Below are positions 38,001 through 52,026 of a DNA stretch of 64,000 nucleotides, one piece after another. The notes beneath the pieces were generated by a model, which saw nothing but the letters and a program-made list of their open reading frames with translations, ran no database searches and had not been told where the DNA came from. The DNA is taken from contig NC_087251.1 of the NCBI RefSeq assembly GCF_037042905.1, positions 21,080,001 through 21,144,000 of the forward strand, read 5' to 3'. Every line of letters starts with the position of its first letter. Positions within the stretch are counted from its first letter, which is position 1. Made by a program: the position numbers and the translations under genes. Source of the stretch: Lytechinus pictus (Eukaryota).

Positions 38001-41000
38001 ACCTGCTGTCCCTTCAAGAGGGAAAGCATTCATTTTGACCGACAAAACTGGTCACATCTCAGACTACCTATTATATAGTTACTAGCCCGAATCGAATTTT
38101 CTGCAATCCATAAATGTAGGGCCCATGTATGGTCTTCTGATTTTGTTTACAAACGTTTTCGAGCTATAAATGATAAAATATAAGCATGATAAGTGTTTAC
38201 AAATGCCCAAAATGAAAATGGAGGCAATCCACATTATTTATTTTGGCGCTCTTTTCCGTTCATAAAATGATTTATAACTAAACCAAATGCTAAAATGAAC
38301 ATAATTGGAATTGATAGAACTTAAAAAAAATTCCTTATTACTGAATCTTCATAAAGTACACGGAAATAAACTTTATAATAACATACCGTTTTTATTTGTA
38401 TATAATATTACACTTGTACAAATGTTTTGATTTCGATTTTCGATTTCTAATCTGTAATGCTTAAAAGTTGAATATTATCATTTAAATTTCCAAAACATGT
38501 AATTCTAAATTTCTTTAAAAATTTACCGAATTGAAGTTCACGTAATTATACCCAGGATGCATAGAATGTTTATAGATTATTGAATTTTGCTTTTGTGTTG
38601 GCGCCATTTGCAATTTCATACATTATTCACACATGCATATCCACATCAGGCCAAATACCAGGTGTTCGTTTTAAAAACAAAGAAAATGAATGTCAGTGTA
38701 TAGAAAACTAAATTGATAAAAGACGAGTCGCAATCACCATTGCTCGAACCGATGATCTTTGCACTCAGGAGACTAACTGACTAACCGACGACACACCTTC
38801 TTGGATCACGTCCCTCCATTTTCAGACATGGACTAGTGTGATCACAACATTTGATTATAGGATACACTCACGAGAACGATATAAATACCATCAGCATGCA
38901 TTCGGAGAGCAAGAGTAAATACCGACAAAGTATCACTCATGAATTTCTGCGAAACATTCAAGATGGTGTGAATATGATATAGTTACACAAATGTAGCCAT
39001 TGGCGCCTCTCCTGAAGTACCACAGAGAACAAGGTACGTACTTCAAAGTTCCGCCAATATGATATAAGCCACGAGGGAAAGCTACCACTCTCCACCAACC
39101 AGGGGTGTTTCACCAAACCGTTCGTAAAGTTATACGTAGGTTTACGAAAGATTGCAATGCGAATTCCTAACGTGTGCACACGCAGCTTATCCTATCGCTT
39201 CAAGGTGTAACTTTTTCATTATTTTATAATTTAATATCATTTCACGAGTGGCATATGATGAACTTTTCACTAAATAAAATGTGTTGAAAACCCCTTTTCT
39301 CCACATTCCATTCTTTCGTTAACTGATGGGTAACTAAGCTAAAATGATTTACTGATCATGCTCAGCGGCCAAAAGAAAAAAAATCCCGATTCCCAGTCTG
39401 AAAAATCAGTTGACAATCAAATCGTAATTGATTTTTATTAGCTTATTTTATCTGCACCCCAAAAAACAACAGATTATACACGATTAATTCCAAATACAAT
39501 TTCATCAGCACATCCTAAGCTTTAAAGTGATATAATAATGACTTGTCAAAAGTGATCAACAATAACCCACACTAGTACTTTACTGAATGTAGAAGAAATT
39601 CAGTGAGAGGTTAAGAGAACATGGAGAATACAAAGTTTGAAAATTGGGGTTCACTCAGTTATGAAATGTGCACACTGTCAAAACTTCCGGCAAAACTTCC
39701 AAGCTGTCCGGAAAATAAAGTGGTTAAAAAACCTCTTGTATCTCGTTTTTGGTCTCACTACAGAACTCCATTTTATTTTTTGCATTATGAAGAATAAGAG
39801 TTACTCTTTGAGATATTTTTCTATTTTTTTTTCTTTTTGAAGACCAACAGTATTGTTTTACCTATTTACACAGAACCTTCCCCGGTGACATATTGTTGGT
39901 TATAGAGTGTCTGGTCACATATCTGAGTAACATACACTGTATGAGCTGATATATCGGACATGTAGCGTTTGAAATTTATGGCACAATTTGCTATCCATAG
40001 TTAAAACCTCAACTTTATATCGGAGTTAAAATTAAATCCGAGTTCAAAATGAGAGCCATTTGATTAAGAGCCGTTTGAAAAAAAAAAGATGGGTTAAAAA
40101 TGAATATATACATGTTATTTGATTGGAAATTTGTACCATTGTGAAGGTTAGCAATAACTTTTTTAAAGGTAAACTTTACGTAATAATATGACCTTTTACC
40201 AAACACAGTGCACATTCTGTTTTTTTATCCATGCTGTATCAGATAAACCTTTATTTCGGGTGAGAGTGAGAAGACTTTAAGGAGGTTGGGTTATTGACTG
40301 CCTTCGCTGGCGTTCCAACACTCTGATTATTTACCAAGTCTCTTCTCATATGTCAAGAGCACAACCCGAGAGGTCTCAATAAAAGACCATTTTGCCAGCA
40401 AAACGTGTACATGGAAGCGAGGCTGCGGGCGATGACCTACCTGGACACCCTTTCGATGGCGCGTTCAAGCACAAACTTTTTGTAGTATCGATTGGGATCG
40501 TCACAATAGACGCGATTGCATAATTACGCGCGTCCCTTGGGATTTTGTCAACGCAAACATCTCCTGCGTCAAAAAAGGACACCCCGGGATATCGATAATA
40601 TTTTGGAGTGAACTCCCCCTTTTAAAAACAACAAAACTGTGACATACGTCATTGTATGCCTGGTATCAATATGAGGACAGTCATCACGTCTTTTGGTTGA
40701 TTGTATTTCGTGTAGATGAATGAGAGACTCTAACCAGTATTGAAACGGTATTCATAGACATTACAGCCTAAAGTTCCAAGGAATTGTAAATTAGTTGGTT
40801 GCTGATGATGTTGCCTTACGTAAACATCCACATAATTGAATTGTGTTATCATGTACAATTTTCAAATACCCCCGGAAATTGAACTACACACCACTTTGTT
40901 TCTCCAGAACACACGCAAACATAACACCCCCCCCCCAAAAAAAAAAAATATATATATATATATATATATTATAATAAATAAACAACTTACAATAATAATT

Positions 41001-42115
41001 CGATTTCGGCATAATATTTACCCAAAAAAATAAGTACTCACATTCTACAAAATAAAAGAGTTTGATTATAATACCACACATGAAATTTGTGTTCAATCTT
41101 TTTAAAGGACAGCATCAACCTGATCTTAAAAAGTACACAAATCTGCTTACTTGCAAGAAATATGTACATATAAGCATTGGATTGAACCCATTGGCACGTG
41201 AATGAATACATAGGTCTGATATAAACCGTAAATAACACGGTATAACGTATCGGCGCAATCTCTAAACAATGCACACAGACAGAATTGCACGATATTACGT
41301 TTCCATCAGGTGAAAAAATAATAGAACAATACATGGAAGTGTAATGAAAATTTTTTTTTTTCGTTTTTAAAGTATAATTTCACAGTCTTTAATAATGGAA
41401 GATGGGAACGATCTGACTGAGATTTATGGAATAAAACAAATTGTAAAAGAAGGAAACACGAGGGGGAAAGGTCGTCGAGTGCTCAAGGGCCAACTTGGAA
41501 CAATTATGAAAACTGCAATGCGCGGTTCATGCCCAAACCGCTAAAACTGATTAAAAAATATAGACAACCTCCCTCCTGCACGTCACAATTTGAGCACTGT
41601 GGTCGCATTCCAACAATGCAACTTTTGGTTCATTTTGGAAAGCATAAATGCACTTGATGATAATGCTGGAATATGCTCGTTGATGCACAGTTAAACCATA
41701 GCCGAACGGATCATTTTGGCGGTCATCCTACATTAGGGTACGTCGATCCATTTGAACACGTTATCCACATAAACGTACGTCCAAAACACTATCGTTTTTC
41801 ATAAGACGCGGTACGCTTTAGGGAAGCTTTCTACAAATTTTCAATTCGGGATTTCTCTTCCTATATGTCGACGACATCGTTTTGTACCATATATATCTCA
41901 AATTCAAAGGAAAAAAATAAATTGGTTTTTGAAAATTATGTCGTACGGAAATTAAGAAGGGATATGTTGTCCATATTGCATGATGAGACGTGCTATTTTT
42001 CGCTCTATATCATACCACGAAGATAAATATCTTATGGGGAAAAAGAAACCCCTAATGACTTTTGTTCCTGTAAACTAAATTCTCTGAAATACAATCATAA
42101 CCTCACAGGATATAA

Positions 42116-42756
42116 TGTTATGTAGTATATATTTAACTTCCTGTTATCCTTTCAGTCATTCACCTTCACTTGTTTACAAACTCCCCCAATGTCATCTAAG
42201 AATCCCAAACCCCCAAGACCATTTAACTCCTAAACCTTGACCATAAAAAGACCAACCCTCAGTGACGTCAGCTAACTTCATGGAAGAAGTATGACTCACA
42301 CTCCCAGCCCCAGTCACTTGCACAGATCATCACCACACCCATTATACCAGAGAAAGTTTGATAGACAGTTACCTGTAGACCAATCAGATCAAGTTTAGAG
42401 ATCACTCCCACCTTAAATTGTTACACCCCAAAAACTAATGATATAAATAAGACTTCTTGATTATTGGAGAAGAGAAGACCAACGATAGAATACTAGACCC
42501 ACACTAATCCTGACTGACTGACTTCAAGACTTAGATGTCCATCCAGTATTAATTTAACTGCACTTCGAATCTCAACGAGATACTTCTAAATTATTTTATA
42601 TTCATCGACTCCTGATATACTCTGAATCTTCATGTACTTCGAACTGTAGCTGAATATTGATGATTAAATACTTTGTGATTTGAACTGTATAACTTTCTGC
42701 AAAGTTTCCTTATTACGCTTCCCTTCAATAATCACCGATCCCATCCCAACACAACA
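42116..42756 (+). mobile_element. Solo LTR (641 bp, probably Gypsy-type)
   Basis: TGTTATGT...ACACAACA ends (7/8 inverted match). Flanks ATAA/CTAA (4-bp TSD with 1 mismatch). Ordered CCAAT (42380), TATAAATA (42442), ATTAAA (42663). Confidence 0.7.
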
Positions 42757-42905
42757 CTAACTTGAAATTCAATCAGAACCTTCATGATAATATGTGAAAT
42801 TAATTTCAAGTTTAAGGAGCGAGTTTATTATCAAAATATGAAAATGCAAGAATAAAGACAATAAAAGCAAAAATAGTATATACTCATCCATTTCCCCTTT
42901 TTAAT

Positions 42906-42936
42906 TGTAAGTTTATTTCGTGTAAGTTTATTTCGT
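42906..42936 (+). repeat. Perfect 15-bp tandem duplication TGTAAGTTTATTTCG
   Basis: Direct observation. Confidence 0.9.
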
Positions 42937-43434
42937 AAAGTGAACTTTCTTCTAATTAAATCGTATGACCATCAATTGTAGTTTGAACCATTAACTATGA
43001 AAGTTGTCTTTATTTTGCATACTACTAGGCATATGTCATTGACATATAATTCTAAAACGATTAACCAGCAGCAAGAAAATGATGACTTTTAAAAGATTTC
43101 GCTGTTTATTGCATGTGCTTTGAAGGATGGATATTCCAAACAGTTTAATTTAAAATGGAGATTTAGGTAAGCTTTGAAGGTTCAGAAACCACCAAGGTGA
43201 TATTTTAGTTGGGTCTGATCGAAACATTTTTTTACAACCAGTCAACATATTATTTTAGGTTATTTTTAAGACAGAATTTGTATGAATTGTGTGAATTCTT
43301 GATATAAAAATGAAAAACAGTGTAATGCATCCATGTAACGCTAAAAGGCCTCATTAAAATGCATGGCAATAATACGCAAAATGTTCGTAAGTCTTCATGG
43401 TCTTTTTCGCATATCAAGGTTGACCCATTGTGTA

Positions 43435-43636
43435 CAATCTTAAAATGCTGGGCAACCCCTGGGGATCATACTGTCCACACAACAATTGGCTAAATCCAAC
43501 TGTGGGTAGTTTGAATATCAATACTGTGTAGTTTCCACCCAAAGCACACATTATTGGTTTAAAACTACACAGAATTGGATAAAGTTATTAACCAATGGTT
43601 ATGTGGACATTATGTTGCCCAACATTCTTAAGAGTG
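43435..43636. mobile_element. CACT-type palindromic MITE, AAAATGTTGGGCAAC family, copy 2
   Basis: Same orientation and body as 19133-19328 (shared CACCCAAAGCACA and CAGAATTGGATAAAGTT), with an 11-nt insertion CCCTGGGGATC in the left arm. Ends ...TTAAGAGTG. Confidence 0.8.
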
Positions 43637-43849
43637 GTCACTTCCCTTGACTTTTTGTGAAAATTTGCAAAACAAAATGCGTTTTCGGGGGCGTGTCCCA
43701 ATCCCGCTGCATATTGACTACAGCACTGGCAAGTCTTTCGGAATTCCTCAACAAAGCTGATAAACTTCATAATCTTAATCAAATCGACATTCGAAAGTAT
43801 GAAAAAAATAAATTCGAACTCTGTCAATTATTTTAGGTTTCAAAGGGAT

Positions 43850-45350
43850 TATTTCACTTTGTCTCCCGCTGACGATTTATTTGTTTGTTCAGAAGTTCAA
43901 AACAGTGCGCGCGATGTATAATTGGGGCTACTTTTATTAATGTTTGTCTTTATTCCCTGCGGACATGCAATAAAACACGATGAATATTTTGATTTTCCCG
44001 CGGGATCGATCATCAATATTCCATAAATCTGGGGTAATAAAGTCGGATTAGACCTACGAATTTTCTTTTCCGAATGCAATCTCGTCAGAATTCGAGCAGA
44101 ATCTGGATCAATATTTACCAAGTAACATATCTGTGTGCGTACTTATTCACGGGATGCGAGGTGCAAACTCTCGGGTAATAAGGAAGGAAAATGGAGTCGT
44201 CTTCAAAATGACTTCCTGTTCTTTTGCCAGAGGCAGTAGCAGGTAACTCTAAACCCAAATCGTGCTCCTCTTGAATCTAAAGCAACCGATTGCTTGCTCA
44301 GACTCGGATAACTATGAAGAAGCAAATACAGGTTAAAGGAAACCGATAAGAAAAGAGACGACGTAATGATCATTTGAAAGTTAGAAAATGGAAATTACCT
44401 TAGAAGGCTGATGATGCTCCTCAAACAGGTGGGCGCCATTTTGATTTTGATGATGGTTATTTAATATAGCAAAGTTGGTCCTGGTACGAATTTATCATAA
44501 ATTTTGACGGGAGATCGGTGGGGAAGAGATGACGTAACTAAGAGAAGAACTCGTTTCTTATATCGATCAGTCCAAGCAGGAATTGATAGTCGAACGGTAG
44601 CCTTGTGCACTTCTGGAAGGGCGAAGCAGTTTTTTGCCAGGTAGCGGTTTCTTTTCGTAACCGCTCTTCCCTGTTTATTTTGTTAGCAACCGAGATTGAC
44701 GAATCAATATCAATTTTCCAGTAACATTAAACGCGGGTGTATATTTCCCCGCTGCTTGTTTAACATCCAAATTACCTGCATTTCGAAGAACACTCCCCTA
44801 GATTTTACCTTCCATCCCAGAACTTGTATTATTAAATACCTGTCGGATGAAATGTTTGAAGGCGCTGATGTCTTCTATTTGCCCAACCGTCTCTCTGCAT
44901 CTTCAGCAAATGGAAAAGTTCAACTTGGAAGCGGTGATCTCAGCAAGGAAGCTGTAGCTGTGTATTATTCAGTCGACTCTGGTCTGAGCCTTTGCTGAAC
45001 AAACAATCATGTGGCGGTTGTGAAGACATCTACTGATAGTCTCTAACATAAAGCTCACCATTCCGCATCCGAGCTCCATGCCACCTGTGAGATGATGAAC
45101 GATGCTCCGTCGATTGCGTCCGATCACTGCGATATCAGTCTGTCGTCTGCTACGCATTTTCAGTCGCTTGTTTGGCGCCCGCTCGCTCGCTCTCACGAAA
45201 ATACGGACCGAGTATGCATGCGTACATCACGTCCTATTACAGACGATGTCAAACAGACAATATTTAGATAGGAACTGTCTAATTTCCAGGTAAGCACGCA
45301 TTATTTCGCAGTAAACTACTTTTTAAAACGTGCAACCTCTGCAAATAAGA
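43850..45350. promoter_or_regulatory. CpG-rich unique region: candidate promoter/first exon(s)
   Basis: Visibly CpG-rich and repeat-free. ETS-like ACTTCCTG (44211), YY1-like CGCCATTTT (44434), Inr-like TCAGT (~44969, ~45134, ~45160), + strand donor CAG|GTAAGC (45289/90), minus-strand donors at 45059/58 and 44840/39. No transcript evidence. Confidence 0.4.
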
Positions 45351-46419
45351 CCTTTATGCTATCATCATGATGAGTGTCTCGAGTATAGGAGGGGGGGGGG
45401 AATCAAGGATATTAATAAAGAAACTCTCCTCGCGACTCAATCATACACATTAGAATAAAGGTCTTCTGCTGAGACATCAATCTCAACACTAAGTGGGGAG
45501 CGATAGAAACGAATTTCAATTGTCGAGCAACATGTCATTGTCGATCAAAATAAAATGCACGCTACTCTTCGTTCATCTACGTTTGCCCCAAAACCTTTCT
45601 CGGTGTATGACGTCACGATCAAAGCATTGTACAAATTGCAGCAAACGACTACAGTATCTCTATGCAAAAGGCAGATTATCTAAACCCATTCAATTTAATG
45701 TCACTTGGTGAAGCAGACAAAACCCGAATCTGCGAAATGAAATTTAATTCAGAACGGCACTCAAGAAGTATTCAAAACACGGAATTATCACAAAGTACCA
45801 TTTTAGTTTGATTTTAATTTGAAGAAAAAAAAGCAACGATACATGTATGTTAGCAGGACTTTCAAAGATAACAAGTAATCGATATAAATTATTTTCCGAA
45901 AATTAGGAACAATATTCACAAACTATCTTTAGACTTCTAAAACAATTTTTGATATTTTGTAATGTCACCTCTTATCTTTCCCGTAAGAGTTGAAATTTCC
46001 TTGAAATCATACCGGATCGAAACCAATTTATATTTCCCCCTTTATTTCGACATAAAATATCAATGAAATCAGCAAACTGTTTTTTGTTAAAGTGTTGCAG
46101 TTTAAACGTATACACCAAATTTGTATCCTTTAAAGATAGTGTCGTTTTACTGTGCAGAACACCGATCGTTGTCACATTAATTCAGGCAACCCAGAAACGG
46201 GTTGATTAATCAAATTGAGAGCTTATCTTCCACCCTGCTGAGTCTGTACTTTAATTAAAAAACAAAACGACGAAACAGGTATTTTGCCTCTGTTTCAGTA
46301 TTCTCTTTTTTTTGGAATTTGTATTAAAGCACGAAGGTCGCCAATAACCAATATTGAAAATACGTGTTAAAAGTGATTTGGTTTGTATACCGTTGTCATG
46401 GTTCTCATTAGTCTATCAT

Positions 46420-46472
46420 CACGTGATCTGGCACCATGATGGAATAGACCACGTGACCCCTTTGATGTTTAC
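46420..46472. promoter_or_regulatory. Candidate enhancer motif cluster (2x CACGTG E-box, TCF/LEF site, Fox site)
   Basis: CACGTG at 46420 and 46450, CCTTTGAT at 46459-66 overlapping TGTTTAC at 46466-72. Motif match only. Confidence 0.3.
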
Positions 46473-46726
46473 TTCTAGCGACAGACACCGAGACAAAATT
46501 ATTAATGTCAGATCTAGCTGATTTATGAATCACATACTGGTAAAGTCTGTATATACATCGAAAACATTAATATCATCAAAAAGACTACTTTGTAGATCAA
46601 TTTTACTATAAAAAAACGGGATAAACTCTGGTAAAGTGATCAAACGTTTTTCTTGAGTTCTAGCTATTACAATACTAACATAGAGAAATATCACGATATA
46701 TATATATGGTACAATTAAGTCATGTA

Positions 46727-46936
46727 CACTGTAAAAAATGTTGGGTAAAATTTTAACCTGCACGAGGGTAAATATTTGTCCAACCAATTTTGCCAGTATT
46801 TTAAGCAGCAATTACTTGAGAATGGGCAAAATTTTCATCACATTGGATAAATAAAAATGCCCAAAAGAAATGCCCAATGTTGGTTGGACACACAATTACC
46901 CTCATGGAGCATTTTTACCCAACATTTTTTAGAGTG
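46727..46936. mobile_element. CACT...AGTG MITE, AAAATGTTGGGTAAAA family
   Basis: CACTGTAAAAAATGTTGGGTAAAA...TTTTACCCAACATTTTTTAGAGTG with TA on both sides. Confidence 0.88.
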
Positions 46937-49900
46937 TACATTATTAAAACTAATGGTGTAATAATAATGTTTAAAAACAACATTTAAAAATATGCCAAGC
47001 AGTGGAACATTCATATCAGGGCATTGTACGTTTAAGAATGAGGTGTCTTGTATTGCAATTTACAAAAATTTTGTTTTTTAACGTAAATGAAATACCAAAA
47101 AATCTTCTGTTTAGTATCCAGTCCTTCGAACTGTGGGTTCTACATAAAAATGCAGAAAATCCATGCATATTTCCACGTTTTATTGTTTTCAGTTTCCCCA
47201 TCATATTTTGAAGTTGAAAAGAAGTCGTCTTCAAAATGTGTGACTCAATATTAGAAAGGTGAAGATGGAAGAGCAATTTTTCTATTTGTTTCTTATCTAC
47301 TCTCCCCATTAAATTACATTACAAATCAAGCCACTATATTTGTGTACCTTAGTTCGTACTTCCCTGATATCCAATATCATACTCTATATGCGGAAATGTA
47401 ATTGTATGTCTGCGTGGGGTGGTCTGTGGGTGTGTGTGAGTTTGTGTGTTAATGAAATATTTCAGTTTCAATGTATGTTCTATTTCATTTTATAAAACTT
47501 ATTGAAATATCCAGTTTAACTCCGGCCTCTTGCGATATATATATTCCCAACCGTAATACTTGAGCATTCATTAATTCATTCACTAACAGCAGCCTAAAAG
47601 AAAGAGCAATTTAATTTACCATTCTCTAATCGGGGTACTTTAATCGCTAGTTTACTGCTCATGAACATTAAATTTTAAAATGAGATTAATAAAGCAAAGT
47701 ACAAAATTTCAATAATAACCTTAGTGAGTAAAGAATGAAGAGGCTTAGTCAAATGTGTTTGCTATACGAAGCGCTTCAAAATTAGATTGTGATTGCAATT
47801 TAGATTACATTAAAGGATCACTCGCCTTATGTAGCTGCGGGAAAACATTAAATTAATTGAATGAGTATTACATCAAAGCGGCGAGAATTCATGACAGGAA
47901 GGATGGATTTAGTGTAGACATTGTCGGCATATCATTTGTTTGAAAGGAAAACAAACACAATAGCATGAATAGATAAACCGGTATAGGCCTTAGCTTATAC
48001 TTTTTTCAATCTTCCTTTCTATCTTAAAACCTGTCTCATTTTTAAAAATCATTTAATGTCGATAGTAATGTTGTTAGTGATGTGTTGTATGTTCACTATG
48101 CGCTGGGAAATACTATTAAAATGGTTGATGTCAAGATTTCATGAATGGAACTATTGTTATAATGTCGACTAATTATTAAACATGATTAAATCAATAATTG
48201 ATAATGTTGTGTGTGGATATAAATATTTCACGACACAATGAATTCACCTGTGACTGGAAAATAATCCATAGTCGATAAAGGGACAATTGACCTCTGAAAT
48301 GTTGACTATTCTGGTTACACTGCCACGATATTAGAGACGGGCGGGGAAGAGGCTATCTATCAAATTTACGGCAGTTTATGAAAATAACAAGAAAAAAATA
48401 TTTACACCTTAGCAATATAATGCTATGGTATATCATACATAGAGTAAGTTTTTTATTATTCTCATTTTGGTACCAGAAAATGGTACGAGTTTTAGAGTTG
48501 TTGCTTAGAAATACTGATATGAAAGGTTCAAAGAAAGTATGCGGGCTTTTTTGTGTGTAAATTAATTCCACCTGCCCTAGTTGCACTTGGAGAAATCAAC
48601 CCACCCACTTCCCCGACCTGTGTGTGTGTGTGCGTAGAGTGGGTAGAGAGATCCGTGAATTATAATACTAGTACACTGCTTAGCCTAGCGCTGTGTCTCC
48701 AGTGGATGTGTATGGAGACAGGTGGAGAAATTTCACTTTACCGTGTCTAATTTGAGGAAAATGGTCCATTTGGGTGGCTGTCCTGGGGATTTCATAACAT
48801 AAAACGCCTGTCAGTAAGCCATCTATGTTTTGGATAAGGTTTTGTAGTTTATTGGAAGCCATTCAAATACATATCTCATCTTTTTTTATTGCATATACTC
48901 ACAAAGATAATACATGTCTCTATGTGAACCACTAACCATACAACATGTTTAGAATTTTTCGCGAAAAAGTCATCCATCGGAGCAGCTATAACCCCCCCCC
49001 CCCAAAAAAAAAAGTCTAGTAAAGTATCTCCAGCCCAAACCCTCCCCTTCAAAAAAGAGTCCAGGTTATAGTAGTCCTAGCCCCCTGTCCGTTCCGCGAT
49101 AATCATGGCAATGTGCGTGGTGTTCTTCACAATCCCCGTCAACAATGTGCTCTGGAACCTCACCTGCTTGTCCAAAATGTCAAATTCTACCTCAAAACTC
49201 AGACCAGCACATTCATATTGATTGACTATAGAGCCTAACGACTTAACAGTGACGGTGCATTTATCCCCTCATGTAGCTGATACACTTTGCTTGATTAAAG
49301 CGCCTATTTTTGGCCTTCACTTTTCAGCCTCAGTAATCATTGTCCTTTATAAAGAGAACAAGAGAGAGAGCAAGAACTCAGCCCAAGGCTCACCATTATT
49401 GAACAGGCGTTCAATTAACGATCATGCGTTTTTAAAGTTCCTTTCCCTTCCTTTTTGTCCACGTTGCAAATTCATGTTTCCTCTTCTAATTCCCTGTAAG
49501 CCCCCTGACCTGGTTTTTACACCTCACTGGCAAACCTGCCAAGAATTTTAACCCAAACCCCTAACACGTAATAAAAAATGTGGAAAGGGCTATTTCATGT
49601 GTACCTCGACGCAATGTCGATAAACGGCTTTTCACAGTTGACAACATTCTTCACAATGGAGTATCAATTTATGGCAAGAGTTTTAATTAATTTAAATTTC
49701 TTTGGCTGTGGGCGATTGGGCAGACTAGCGTTGCGTGGACTGTAAAGCAAATCGAATTTCTCGCTTATCCATGAGCTTAAGTGAAAACGTGTCAAGGCTG
49801 AAGAATTTTACACTAGATTACATGGACACCAGGGGTTGAGTGAACTTGGAGAGTTCCCAAGAGGTTTCAAACCTTGAATTCCAAAATTAAAAAGAGATAC

Positions 49901-51909
49901 ACTGATCAATGCATGAAAATGGAAAATATTTCTGCCGCTGATCCTCCTTTGATCCACCACAGGTTCAGGACATCTCTGGCAAACTAACATCGTACACATT
50001 CAGGCCTATCTCTACACTGGGTCCAATCTGGACTCCTAAATCTTGTTACCCATGTTAGTATTTTTTTTTATTTAGCGAATAACTAAATTATCAATCAATT
50101 GATTACTGTATAGCCATGAGCATGGGTAAGTTGAGGGAGATGGAAATGATTTCAGTTGAACAAGGTGGATTGAAATCCGGCTACCCGGTCATAAGATGCT
50201 GTAGGAAGCAGCATGTATTAGATGTGACTTGCATAAATTATTATAAGCCGAAATCATGGAATACAAACCTGTTCATTCGCCATCGCAATCTGTTGATTGC
50301 GAATTGATAATTGTCCGCAACCTATCACAATTCAGTCATGTTTAACATTTCGCACAGGGCCTTCACTCCCAACTGGACTGAAATCTTTTGCTTCAGTCAG
50401 GGCGCCGAATACCCCTTTCAACATTGGCTAGAGATGTTGGCCGGCAAAAATCTATCCTACGCAATACGCATAATCAGGTCCTGTCAAAGAGTTTTCACTG
50501 GCGTAAAAAAGTGCCAGTACAAAATTCCCGTTGCAACCGCATGCGCACGTATGCCTGCGGTGGCTAAAAAATTGAAACTACATATTTTTCCAACACAATT
50601 ACTCGCCAACAACATGTAAATAAAAAAACTTTCATTGTGAAGTTTTTGAGAGCCAAAAGGGACCTTGATATAAAAGAGGTATGAGACACCTTTTGCACGA
50701 AAATCTCTGAGATCCAAATATTTATAGTCTAAGATCTATATCTTCTGTGAATCCTGTTCTGTCTCACAGCATCCTATTTTTATTATTTGATCTTTGAGTA
50801 AAAACAAAAGGATATTACGGTGTGCTTTACGGAATGTAACCCTCAAGATTTCATCTATTTAAAGCATTAACCATAAAATACATTCATAGCATCGCAAGAA
50901 CAGAGAACGGTCTTAGGTTGGATTCAGTGATACATACTTAATAAGTAGGGTATCCATCCATAAAGCCAAAAAGTGCATTGAATAACTTTCATAAAGTCAG
51001 AGTTCGAACTCCGCTTCGTATGGGGGAAGAAGAGAAAAGGCAATAAATTGTTTGTATCAAGATGTAATGAAAATCTGCAAGGGGCGGATTAAGGACAAGA
51101 AAGGACACCAAGGGCTAATCCAATATGAGAAAGTAGCAAGGTTTGCAGAGCAAAGTATGAGTTTTCAAACTAGGATTCTTCTTTGGAAATCATAACTCTT
51201 CATATCTAGATATGATTTCGAAACGAGCACAAATGGACCTTTTATACATACATACGTTATCCACTGGTCCAATGGTTGTTTTGAGATCTAACTCTTTTCT
51301 TTGTATTTATTAACAAGACCAAGATGTTTCCGTTAGACATGTTAGACCTCAGTAATCCACAAGCACGTTCCAATGCCATCACGTGCATTAGCAAAAAAAT
51401 AAAAATAAGTACCCATTGCCTGTCACTTCGGTCACCTGATAATTTGCCACACATAAACATGTGTGCACATTTAATTAAAGCCAGGATCCTGTATTACAGA
51501 GCTTCGACAACCCAGCTCTAATCCGATACATGATGACTGATCCTGGTCTGTTTAACAATAGAACGAACAGTTTGAGACAAATTGTAAACAATAAGCACAT
51601 ACATAATTTTCAAACAATATGATCTATGCACTCTCATCGGCCAAAGTTATGTCTATTTGATAGAGAGTTGGAGGTAATGACGCCATTGATCCTCCAACAG
51701 AATAATAGTTTATGTAGTAATAAAAGTGAAAATTGTATAAAGATGAAACTATTTTTTCATTATCAATTGAATCATTAGGTGATTTTCGTCCAATGTATTA
51801 TGGATCACTCATAAATTATGATTGATTTTCTCATATTCACAGCGCATGTCATTAATTGGCATATCTAAACGTTATCAATTTCTTTTTCTCTCGTAGATTA
51901 CATCAATAT

Positions 51910-52026
51910 GGGTCCCGTAACACAAAGGTTAGTGACTGATCGTACAATCATTGTAGTCAATGGAATCAATCGTAGAAAAAATGTTCTACGCTTATACTCG
52001 TTGCTAAGCTTTGTGTTACGGGCCCC
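51910..52026. mobile_element. 117-bp MITE, PIF/Harbinger-like ends
   Basis: GGGTCCCGTAACACAAAGGTTAG vs reverse complement GGGGCCCGTAACACAAAGCTTAG (2 mismatches in 23). TSD ambiguous. Confidence 0.75.
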
